This document shows, piece by piece, positions 53,640-64,000 of a stretch of 64,000 nt of DNA. Source of the stretch: Tubiluchus corallicola. Taxonomy: Eukaryota > Animalia > Priapulida. Location of the stretch: the NCBI GenBank assembly GCA_030141605.1, contig JAQGDQ010000109.1, positions 1 to 64,000 of the forward strand, in the 5' to 3' direction. Each line of letters opens with the position of its first letter. Position 1 is the first letter of the stretch. Below the pieces are notes generated by a model. It ran no database searches. It was not told where the DNA came from and worked only from the letters and a program-made list of their open reading frames with translations. The translations under genes and the position numbers were made by a program.

Positions 53640-54330
53640 TTTTCACTCTTGTTTTCTCTCTTCGTTTGTTTTTTTGTTATTTGTTTTTACCTTTCTTTCC
53701 ATCTTTCTTTCTCTGAACTTTTCCCTCATTCTTTCTTGCTGTTTTCTTGTTTTTTATTTTCTTCACTTATCTTATTCTTTCTTTCTTTCTTACTTTCTTT
53801 TTATTTATTTCTTTTTTGCTGTTGTTTCCTTCTTTTTTCATTCCTCCTTATTACTTCCTTACTCCTTCCCTCCATCCTTCCTTCTTTGCTTGCTTCCTTC
53901 ATTCCTCACTTTTCGCTTCTTCATTCTTTTCTTCTCTTTCCTACCTTTGTTGACCTCTCGTCTTTTTTGCCTCCCTTTATCTCTTTCTTTCCTCTTTCTG
54001 CTTGTCTTTTGTCCCACTTTCTTTTACTCTCATTCTTTCTTTAAAAAAACGTTTGAAATTTTAAAAAAGAAGCCACTCGTATTTACACAAGTTTTCCATA
54101 TTAGTGTCTCTATGGCCAAATTGAGAGGCAAAAGTGTCTTCCCTCCTTTTTGTTTTTCCTATTTTCTATCTTCTGTTGCTTTCTTTCTTGCTTATTTTTT
54201 TCCTTCATTTCTTCTTGCCTTTTACTTTTCTTTTCTATGTTTACGCTACCACCTTCGCTTTTTCTTTTTCCTTCTCTGCCAGTTTTTGTGTCTGGAACTC
54301 CATCTTCCATTACTTTCTCCTTTCTCATAA
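53640..54330. repeat. Low-complexity pyrimidine-rich tract
   Basis: T/C-rich degenerate repeats that give F/S/L-rich spurious ORFs. Confidence 0.85.
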
Positions 54331-54341
54331 GTGCATAGGAG

Positions 54342-54694
54342 CATGGCCAGATTACGACCGTTGAGGCTCATATGTCAATGAAATTGTGGGCCCCCCTCAG
54401 ATGGGGCCACCCTCTAAAGAGCCTGCGCCAAGTCATACATTTTTGCTCTTTATATAGTTTAGCGACATTTACGTAGCTTGAAGTAAACCTATTGCAAATT
54501 CTTTAAATTAACTAGAATAGGTAGCTTTTGTTTGTATATAAAAATATTCTTTAAGAAATACTGCTATTTTACTATTTATTACAAACAAAATTAGCACATA
54601 TTTCAACACAGCTATAGTGAAAAAACAGATTTTTGCCAAATGTTACCAAGGCTTCGGTCTAGCCTATATTAGCCTGTAGGATAATACAGCCCTG
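54342..54694. mobile_element. hAT-type MITE, copy 2
   Basis: Termini CATGGCCAGATTA / TAATACAGCCCTG; 8-bp TSD CATAGGAG/CGTAGGAG; interior matches 40752-41132. Confidence 0.8.
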
Positions 54695-57600
54695 CGTAGG
54701 AGCATCTAAAAATGTAGAAAAACGTGGATGCACAACTTTGTTTGAAAACAATTCTGCGGTGATAGTTAACAAAATATAAGCGACCATTGAAAACACCAGC
54801 TTTTTTGCTCTCAGTGGCTGTAAATTTCGAGCGACAAACATTTAAAAAAGAAACAAACTTGCATTTACGTAAGTTTTTCATATTAGTGTCCGTGTGACCA
54901 AACTGAGCGGCAAGTGTCTTTGATGTTAAAACTCAGCTCTCAAATTTGTAATTAAAGTCAGATTATGCGCACTAAACGTACAGACTTATCGAGCAAATTC
55001 CATTTTAAACATTTCCACATTACTTGCATGAATGCTTGCGGTGGATTTGAAATAAAATTGTGCAAACAACATGAGCAAGCAATAAACATTTTACGCTTGC
55101 GTAATTATTATCATAAAGACATCCAGACGCACAGAAAGAAGAAAAGATCCGACACGGAATAAAGTGACTGTTCTCTTCATCAGAAAAATTATGACAAATA
55201 AGGTTAGCGGGCCGTGAGAGATAAAAACCCGTGAAGTAAGAAAGCAAGAAGATATAATAGAATCATATCTAGGCTATTACTTTTACACACTAAACGGTAG
55301 TTATTTTAATTAAAAACTAAAACATTTTGGTATTGTATTTTAATTAAATTACAATTAGGTATTTCAAATTGTAAATATGCTTAGACGCGTGTTATTGTAC
55401 TTGCCCTTGTAAACTTTTTCCTTGTTTTTATTAGCTTTTTTGTTGAAATTTTAGTCGGTGACGATAGTTCCTGGGTGAACAAATCATTTATGTACCTCAA
55501 AATCGACCTTAAATAAATAAATTACTTATTTACTTAATAACAAACTTTACTAATTCCAAATTTCCTATTTCCTGTTCAGACAATTATTTTGTACTGAGAT
55601 ACACGGATGCTCTGTTATTTTCCTCTTGTCAAACATTCCCCACCAAAAATCTCGTGTACCTAAAGGTAATTATACCAAATTTAGATCGTTCTATCGGAAA
55701 ATACAAGGACTCTGATTAATTAAAACAGGACTTATATACGTCCTACAACTTTGCTTTGCTCTACTGGCACAAGACAACTCGACCAAGTACATTTCATTGC
55801 ATGCACATGCCCTGATAATGTGCTTTAATGACACGGCGGCAAAATAAGTCAATATCTATTTACATGTATTGAAAAACAAAGGCACAAGTAAGAAAGTCGC
55901 TAAAGGTGCGAACTGGATTATGGAGCTCCACGATGCGTCCTCTGTCTTCACAGTGTAAACAGACTAAGAGAGACTGTGAAGAAAGTTGAGAATTTAAACC
56001 TACATATGGATGAGAAGCCAAGATCCAAAACACTTTAAAACAATTCTCATAGTATCTTTTTGGTTACTGTTTTGGCAAACAAGGTTGCTGTCTATGGATA
56101 TTTCATTTGAAAAATTAAGTAATGTAAATAAATAATACTAATGTAATGGTGAACAGCGCGGAGCCTATTTGGGACATGAAAAATTCACAAAAGCACCCAA
56201 CAGAGGGCGACACTGAATAGCAGCACAGGAGACTTTCGCAATCCGTGAAAATGCTGGTAAACTGTTCTGTTCTAGTTCTTAGTGAAATAAATAGATAACA
56301 AGATATCTATGTATAGATAAATATTAATATTATTATAATAACAATGTTAATATTAATATTTATCAATATTAATGGTTGTAACCAACATCTTTGAAATCTG
56401 AAATCACATAAAATAATTACATCGATTGGTAACAGAACTCAGCAAGTAGTCAATCGATTTAATATTGCAACAGTTTACATTTTGCTATGTCTATGTGGAT
56501 ATCAAAGGCTATTAAAATTTATTTGGCAAAGTAATAGTGTTTTACCTTCAACACTGTTTTAGTAAACACAGATAGAATTGGGGAGGGGGGAGATGTTGAA
56601 GCAATCAGCATGGGATGGGTGGCATTTCAGATCATTTTACCGCTAGCAGACAATTAGAAAATTTAAGTATACATCTGTTGTTATGACTTGTATTGCTCAA
56701 CATGGAATTGAAAAGACACAAAAGAAAAACAATAGCACAAACAACAGAAAATCCGTGTTTATTTCGTTATACTAACGAACAAGTATTTATTTTATTACAA
56801 GAACAACTAATAACAAGCCGTAGATCAAAAAATTGGTTACAGGGCTGATGCAAAATTAGTTGCTAGGTGTTTTATAGCCGCTTTTGATCCATCTGTAATT
56901 TTACATAAAATATAAGAATGGTGATCAAAACAAGTTGATATGAGGGCGTACTGCACACAGTTTATTTTAAAAATAACTGAAATTGTAGGTTTTTTTAGAA
57001 CTGGTGTGCGCAATATTGCTTTTGTGGAAACTTTTATCAGTTTCTTTAAATGGCCGAATTTTTATTTCAAAACTTTCGTAGAACATAACTTCAAATGCTG
57101 TTGCGTTCTACGGTTCTACTAACATTACTCCTAGCACTGTTTACTGTGTTAACAATTACATGTAAATCGTTTAGGAGATCATCACCTTGAATTTCGAAAA
57201 TGTTGAAATCCACACCTTCCCCCATAAACATCTTAATTTGCTTTGCTTATTGATAACAGCAAGGTGCTTACTTTCCCTGTAAAAATTGCTTTTCCCAGTT
57301 CCAAATGTGTTTCAAATGTTTACTTCCAGATTAACTAGGTTAAATTTAAAATATATAGTTGCATTTACAACGGAAAAATTTGAAATTTTGTTAGAATTTA
57401 CGATTTGCAAGAACTGCAGGAAACGCATCAGTCTCCAAGGCAACTGGGACCTTGATGTGGGACTGAGATCCACTAATTGGAACTGACTGAGCTTTGCTTT
57501 CTCATGGACCATTTTGAACGCTACTACTGTTGCAACTTTTAACGACTTCGTATTCAAAGTGTAGTAATTTAATTCCAGCAACAAGAGAACAAACAGGTTT

Positions 57601-58667
57601 AAGATCGACTAGAACGAAAGAAAAATATTTTGAAGAAAATTGTAGAACTGATAGATATTATACGTCACCTTTACAATAGTTAATTAAATTATTGAAAAGC
57701 AAATGTCACAGAAAATCAAATAAAATGTTTCGGAAAATTTAGATTTTTTAATGGTTGCCATGCATAACTCGTGTTTTGTTTTTGGTATGTGATTGTTTTT
57801 TAAAAATGTATTTTTACATAAGATGTGTTCATTTATAAATGTGAAAAATTTATAAATTATAAAATCTAAATGTGGAAAATTTATATTGTTTAGCAAAATA
57901 CTATGGCCATTAAATTTTATTTATTTTCTTACCATTTGTGTAAACACAGTCATTCAGTTTTGTTAACTGTAATGTGTTTGTTTTAATAAACTTACTTAGT
58001 TAGTTAGTTACTTACTTACTTAGTTAGTTACTCACGTAATTACTCACTCACTCACTCACTCACTCACTCACTCACTCACTCACTCACTCACTCACTCACT
58101 CACTTATTTACTTTGTTATTTATTTACTAATGACTTAAATGACGACTGGACACCTAAAACTGATAACAAACAATGTCTTCTCAGTACGGTTGTAATTGCT
58201 TTCAAGAAATATGGCAAAAATATGAGAAAATGCTGAGGAATTAGCAAACAATTAATTAATTGAACTGTGAGATTTTTTGTCAGTTTATTTGGCAGCCAGA
58301 CATAAAATAGCAAATTAGTTTAGTTTAGTATTTATTTCTTGAAAGTGAATTTACAATACAGACAACGTCTGATAGAAGTATTTTCATGTGCTAAGTGCAA
58401 GGTGCTAATAAAGAATAATGGGCATTACAACTAAACTACCATTTCGTTAGATCAAATAAGAGGCTCAAATATAATTTGAAGAAAATGCATTAAGCATGCA
58501 TATATGAGCAATTTACATGTTAATTCGTAAAAGCAATATTTAAATAACAAGAGTATAATAACATACCAGAAAATAGCAAATAGATAAATAACCAATTATG
58601 CCCATTAAAGAAAGAGCAGCATAACCCTCTCCTCCTACCCTCTTGTAAGATATCTAGGTAAGCATTT

Positions 58668-58810
58668 TCAAGCTCCAATTAAAGAACCACTAAAAGTGCT
58701 CTGAAGAGAGGAGTGGAAGTTTCCTTTCTGATATCTGACGTAAACTTCGTCTCCCTTTTTCAGATTAAGTACGACGGAGTTCGCCAAGTGATGATAGCGA
58801 GTGTCATATC
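58668..58810 (-). CDS. Ig-C1q protein, last exon: C1q domain C-terminal part
   Basis: aag|GA TAT gives GYDTRYHHLANSVVLNLKKGDEVYVRYQKGNFHSSLQSTFSGSLIGA*. LxLxxGDxVxV and TFSGxLI are gC1q hallmarks. Confidence 0.88.
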
Positions 58811-59154
58811 CTTTAACACAACAAAAATATTATTTTAATAAATGTACTATGTATAGTATAAATATTTATATTTATAGTGTATATATTTATACTATAAATG
58901 TATAGTCAACCAAAAAACAAATAAACAACAAATTAAAGCAAATAAAAATAAAAACAAAATAAAATCGTTACTTATGATGGACAGTGATTCTAAAAAATAT
59001 TTTAAAAACTGAAATTATCCCGAACTCAGTTTACTGGCAAAGTGATGTCGGTTCGTTCCCATTTACCAATAAGTCTGCAAGAGAAATAAACGTATAATAC
59101 TAAGGCCTATTATGGTTTTTACTCCACCTAAATAAACCCTTTGAAAACGCTTAC

Positions 59155-59286
59155 CCGAAACTCTCATATATACGACGCCCTTATCGTTGTGATTAATAGC
59201 AGCTGACGAATAAGAATATGTGTTGTATTCCATATATAGATGCGTTTCGAAGAAGTATGTTCCAGTTATAGGTGCTGTAAATACTC
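59155..59286 (-). CDS. Ig-C1q protein exon: C1q domain middle part
   Basis: ttttag|...|gtaagc, 132 nt, phase 1-1. GVFTAPITGTYFFETHLYMEYNTYSYSSAAINHNDKGVVYMRVS contains the GxFTAPxxGxYxF motif. Confidence 0.9.
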
Positions 59287-59666
59287 CTAAAATGCATAAA
59301 AAACTAAATTGGCGAGTGCGTACAACATTATCACTATTATAGATGCAGGCCTAAGTTCAGTCATGATATTCTTGACATCTACGTCCTGATATTAAATTAA
59401 GACTTGATTACAAGGGGCCTTTTGGAGCGGTGGTCATGGCCCCCGAAATGGGAAGCCAGACATTTCATCGTAGCTCAGTCTAATCTGATTTCTTGGTTTA
59501 ACAAGTAAAAATCTCGTGTTTGTTACATCATTTTTGGTACTGAAACGATAAGATTGTAAACAAAGAACCTTTCCTTATCCTATACAAAAATGGTTCAGTG
59601 CGTTAACAGCAACTAATGTCAGAGTTTAAGAAACCTCCAATTTAACGCAGTGGTAAAGCAACGTAC

Positions 59667-59768
59667 CTGTATCGTTGTTATATGCATTCCCATAGTTAAA
59701 AACGATGTTTCTAAATCTGAATTTGCTGTAATCATTGTAGTAATGCCTATTAGCAGAAAAGGCCAATC
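59667..59768 (-). CDS. Ig-C1q protein exon: C1q domain N-terminal part
   Basis: tttcag|...|gtacgt, 102 nt, phase 1-1. GLAFSANRHYYNDYSKFRFRNIVFNYGNAYNNDT has AFSA and FxxxxxNxGxxYxxxTG. Confidence 0.88.
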
Positions 59769-60105
59769 CTGAAATTACGATGTTAATTCGGTTACAGAAT
59801 GAGTAAGAAGCAATAAAATTAGGCATATACTTATAAAGCATATGCTCAGTCATACTCCAGCAATGGAAATAATCATTTCTTTGTTTCAAAATTACATGGA
59901 TATATTTCAGACTTTCTCATGAAATGGGAGAACTAAATATTATAAATTTAAGTATTCTCAGCTATATGCAAGGGTACATATGATAATAGTACAATGGCCC
60001 TTCAAAAAAGTCAAAAATATGTAAAATGACAAATGGGTTATCAGAAGTGGTTACCAGACTGCTTTGTTCGGCGTTTGAAGATGCCAATGCAAAGTTGCAG
60101 GAAAC

Positions 60106-60161
60106 ATGATGATGATGACGTCGACGACGACGACGACGATGATGATAATGATGATGATGAA

Positions 60162-60242
<81 letters not shown>

Positions 60243-60305
60243 GATGATGATGATGATAATGATGATGATAATGATTCTGATGACTATGACAAAGATGATG
60301 ATAAT
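60106..60305. repeat. (GAT)n microsatellite, intronic
   Basis: Directly visible. Confidence 0.95.
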
Positions 60306-60549
60306 GTGTTGGTATATGCCGTGCACAGTCATTCTAGTTTCCACATTGTTCATGAAAACGTGGAATATGATGCTATGTCTCATGTCCTGCAAGTGGACGA
60401 TGGGCTCGTAAATTCCAGCAAAGTGTCACTGCGCAAATTGCTTTTTTAACTGTAGTTGTACGACTAAAGGTAAAGATGTGCCCGGTCCGTTTTTTTAGAA
60501 AAACCAATTGCGTAAAATAAATCAGTCAACATAGACGATAGTATCAACA

Positions 60550-60900
60550 CTTTTCTCAAATTAGCTGGCAACTAATCGATTAATTAATTAGATTGACTGT
60601 GATTGGCAGAATGTTCATAAACCATTACAGTTTTTCTAAGTATTATTACCCATTGCAGGTAATGAGTTGGAGAAAGAACGGTTGGAGGAAGAATGATAAA
60701 TTGTGGCCTAGTCGAGATCTAATTGTGTGCTATGAGGAGCAAATATCAGTTTGCAAAACACGGGAATACTGATCCCAGGTCTCAGGTTCCAATCCCGACT
60801 AGTCCGCAGTTATGCAGCGTCTCCTTTCTTTCTCCAACTCATTACTCATGTAATCGTTTATAAACATTCTGTCAAACATAGTCATAATGTAATTATTTGA
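60550..60900. mobile_element. Inverted-repeat element related to 20849-21132
   Basis: GTAATGAGTTGGAGAAAG / TTCTCCAACTCATTAC and CAGAATGTTCATAAAC / GTTTATAAACATTCTG arms; internal GGTTCCAATCCC. Confidence 0.6.
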
Positions 60901-61009
60901 CAAACGGTAGTAATTTTTGCTTTATAAAAAATCAGTAAGTGGTTTGTTACAAATCTTCTTGTCGACTGGAGCTTAATTGTAATAAAGTTTAACAGTCTAC
61001 ATTACCTAC

Positions 61010-61270
61010 CATTAACTGAAATTTTCATTTTATTTGAGCTGTGCAAACCAAAGACATTCTCTGCTTGACATTCGTACTCTCCGCCATCTCTGTATTTTAC
61101 TTTTGATCTCGTAAGAACAGATCCAATGTCAGGCAGGACACTTCCGTCTAGTTTCCAGGTGTAAGTTACTTCTGGATTGGCATCAGATTCGCATTTTAAT
61201 TCCAACGTTGATTTCAAAATCATTTCTGAACTTCCGCTAGCAATACTCAAATCTGCATTTAGTGGCGGAT
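61010..61270 (-). CDS. Ig-C1q protein exon: Ig domain 3 (I/C2-set)
   Basis: ttccag|...|gtaggt, 261 nt, phase 1-1. YPP...LELKCESDANPEVTYTWKLDG...DGGEYECQAENVFG. Confidence 0.92.
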
Positions 61271-62037
61271 CTGGAAAATTTATGATAAGTTAGTTGGGCA
61301 GGCTTTTTGTAAAACTCTGTATTAATGTCACTGTCTTGGCCAGTCGTAATATTAATGGAACAGTCAGCTTTGCAAATTACTGACGGATAATTAATATATG
61401 CAGACAAAGTACATTTTAATAGCTGTGCATTTGCTAGTGCACTATTTTATCCAGAAAAGAAAACATTGCATTTTATAGCTATTTTCTGTCCACCTTCTCC
61501 TATTTTAAACGTTTCTATAAGTGGACATTTTTAAATTCATCCAGTTTTACTTTATTTCAGACGTAACAAAGCGTCCAGTTACACGCTGTAATTGTTACGC
61601 GAGGGTTAGATTACTCATTTCCTTGGCAAAACACATTGTGATACAGGCGGTTTGTGTTTTTGTCCAACGAACATATGTTATTAGTAATAAAATTCAAGAA
61701 ATGTTATTTAAGTTCTGTATCGTGATTGGCTATGGCGCATGTTTTAGCCTCAATTAAATTAGTTAATCATAAAATAATCATAATGTAACTGAGCTTTTAA
61801 AAACCTTACTGGTGTATGTGTAGCCTTCTGTTATACTTGGGGATTTGAAAGTAAAAGCTTAAATATAAAAAGCACGTAATTAAAAAAAACTATCATTTTT
61901 GATGAATTAAAACACTAGCCATTTAACTAATTACTCTGCTGTTTTAATGATGGAATAATAAGGACGATTCAACAATGAGAAAGCCACTGAACTTGCATGT
62001 GCGCGTTTGCGAGTGCAAGAGTTTTTAGACTACTTAC

Positions 62038-62232
62038 AAAGAACGTTCAAACGAATATTGGGAGTAGGAATTGGAAACGAGTCAACCACTACACGACAAG
62101 ATATTATCTTTGCATTGTCACCATTTTTTCCTGAACTAAACGCATGATTTAGAGTGCTCACTGATGTACTCAGTTTAGTTGAGCTGTTGATAAAATCTTC
62201 TTGCTTTGAAGAAGAGGAAATGTCTTCTTCAC
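62038..62232 (-). CDS. Ig-C1q protein exon: Ig domain 2, second half
   Basis: ttttag|...|gtaagt, 195 nt, phase 1-1. STSVSTLNH...DNAKIISCRV...IRLNVL. Confidence 0.88.
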
Positions 62233-62643
62233 CTAAAAGACGCAAAAAAGCAACATAATATTACTGATATTGACATCAGATTGTCAGTTTTTTTTGTAAA
62301 CTTGAAATGAGTTCCTGACAAGGCTACTTTTAAAGTTCGGTTAAACCCTGACACTCTTGTACAAAGGTCAAAACGCCTAAGTAGAGTACAGCTGTTAGTT
62401 CTGAATTTCAATCATTGATCCATAAAAACATTTAATCTTTAAGCTTGTTATGCGTTTACGGTTTGATCTTACCTATGATTTAATTTAATCATATTTGTTT
62501 TATTTTCCATTAAAAGCTTTCAATTTTGCGGATATTAAGGTCATTATTCATGATCAGAATTTTCAAAGATTGTTGCTGTTTTTATACACAAACATCGTAA
62601 ATAATTGCAAGAATGTTGAACAACGGTATCACAAAGTACTTAC

Positions 62644-62787
62644 TCATATACCATTTAACTTCAGCAGCTGGATGTACGTCAGCAACAATACATTTGAATG
62701 TTTCATCTAATTCGTTGGCTAAGACAGTAACATCATTTGTAAGTATTTTTTCGTCGTTTAAGAACATCTCCACTTCCTGTGGCTGCA
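62644..62787 (-). CDS. Ig-C1q protein exon: Ig domain 2, first half
   Basis: aacag|...|gtaagt, 144 nt, phase 1-1. VQPQEV...TFKCIVADVHPAAEVKWYM matches the CD80-like C2 pattern CxxxxxxPxxxxxW. Confidence 0.88.
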
Positions 62788-63416
62788 CTGTTACACAAAA
62801 AAGTAATCTACAGTAATGGCGTTGACATTCCTTTGAAATGGCTTATAAAATATGATTATAGCAAATCCAAATGCGATTAATCAAAATAAAACAAACATAA
62901 AAAACGCCGATAATGTAACTGTGGAGGCAGCCTCAAGGCTCAAACAATTCGAATGAAAATAATTGCTCAACCAAATGCGAGACAAAATAAACAGTAAAAT
63001 CAGAAAATGGATTAATCAAGGACAAATCCGGTTGGTAACTTTTCGGTTTTGGCTGCTAATTTCCTACCTTGCACCTCAAAACAGGATGCAGCCAGGTGAG
63101 TAAGTTCTAATCAAATCACCTTTTACATGAAAGAGCAAACATCTAGAAATTAAATTCATTACGTATGATTTCTTGTCTCCTTTGCCTTGTAGTTTTTCAC
63201 GCCACACCTTTGTGATCTCTTTGTCTTTCGTTTATAGACATTCTGGCAATCACAGTCATAATCTAATTAATTAATATATACTTCTAGTGACTCTACGAAG
63301 TGTTTAAAATTTTTGGTCTCCTGTTGCACATAAATTTGCGAAAATTTGCACATAGGCGAAAAAAATACAATTTATCAGTATTTTTTACTTTGTTTAATGT
63401 GTAACTGTATTGTATA

Positions 63417-63545
63417 TGTCAGTCAGTCAGTCAGTCAGTCAGTCAGTCAGTCAGTCAGTCAGTCAGTCAGTCAGTCAGTCAGTCAGTCAGTCAGTCAGTC
63501 AGTCAGTCAGTCAGTCAGTCAGTCAGTCAGTCAGTCAGTCAGTCA

Positions 63546-63588
<43 letters not shown>

Positions 63589-63645
63589 AGTCAGTCAGTC
63601 AGTTTGTCTGTCCGTCCGTCTATCTCTCTGTCTGTCTGTCTGTCT
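63417..63645. repeat. (GTCA)n microsatellite grading to (GTCT)n, intronic
   Basis: Directly visible. Confidence 0.97.
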
Positions 63646-63691
63646 GTTGTACATCTATAGGTATGTCTGTCCGCCTATAATAACATTTTAC

Positions 63692-64000
63692 CTATTACTG
63701 TCAGTTTTGCTGGATCAGACTCCTGCTCAATATCAGGAGCTTCAAAAAGTCGACACACGTAGGTGCCGTCATCTTCCAAGACACTGACATCATCAATTCG
63801 AATGCTGTGCAGTCCATGTATTATTGGGTTGTTGTACATATAAGAAATTCTTCCTGTGATACTAAGAAGATTTCCATCTTTCAGCCACGTAACGTTATAA
63901 TTGACAATAGACACGAGTTTCATGTTGATTCTGCATTCAAGTTCTGCTGTTGATCCCTGCATGACTACAGTACTAGAAGGCTGCATGTCAAAATATTCAC
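63692..64000 (-). CDS. Ig-C1q protein exon: Ig domain 1 (V/I-set), 5' partial
   Basis: EYFDMQPSSTVVMQGSTAELECRI...VTWLKDG...DDGTYVC...AKLTVI, donor G|gtaaaa in phase 1. The frame is open to the window edge; the signal peptide lies outside the window. Confidence 0.9.

Noticed and set aside
53632-54330. 232-aa hydrophobic ORF resembling a membrane protein
   Set aside because: A low-complexity pyrimidine tract that lacks stops by composition.
55856-55963. Minus-strand segment SVYTVKTEDASWSSIIQFAPLATFLLVPLFFNTCK* resembling a GPI signal for the Ig-C1q gene
   Set aside because: It needs a phase-0 acceptor while all donors in that gene are phase 1; short enough to be chance.

Overview
AT-rich, microsatellite-laden eukaryotic DNA from a non-vertebrate bilaterian; the taxon cannot be fixed from the sequence. 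Two intact-looking genes face each other tail to tail. (1) On the + strand, an allatostatin-A/buccalin-type neuropeptide precursor has its whole CDS in one exon (42302-43108). It encodes 12 amidated F/W-x-F-G-L peptides, and 10 of them carry an unusual DLN extension that lines up with the galanin N-terminal core. (2) On the - strand, a gene of at least 7 coding exons (58668 to beyond 64000) fuses three Ig domains directly to a C-terminal globular C1q domain, with every intron in phase 1. The ORF track misses two of its three C1q exons. The left end (1 to about 4400) is a mosaic of a frameshifted C2H2 zinc-finger minisatellite, a hAT dimerisation fragment and a repeated decayed acidic ORF. The rest is TE relics (R4/Dong-like LINE, RTE-like LINE, MULE and hAT MITEs with target-site duplications, SINEs), a 35-bp satellite and many microsatellites. 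No rRNA, intact tRNA or CRISPR was found.
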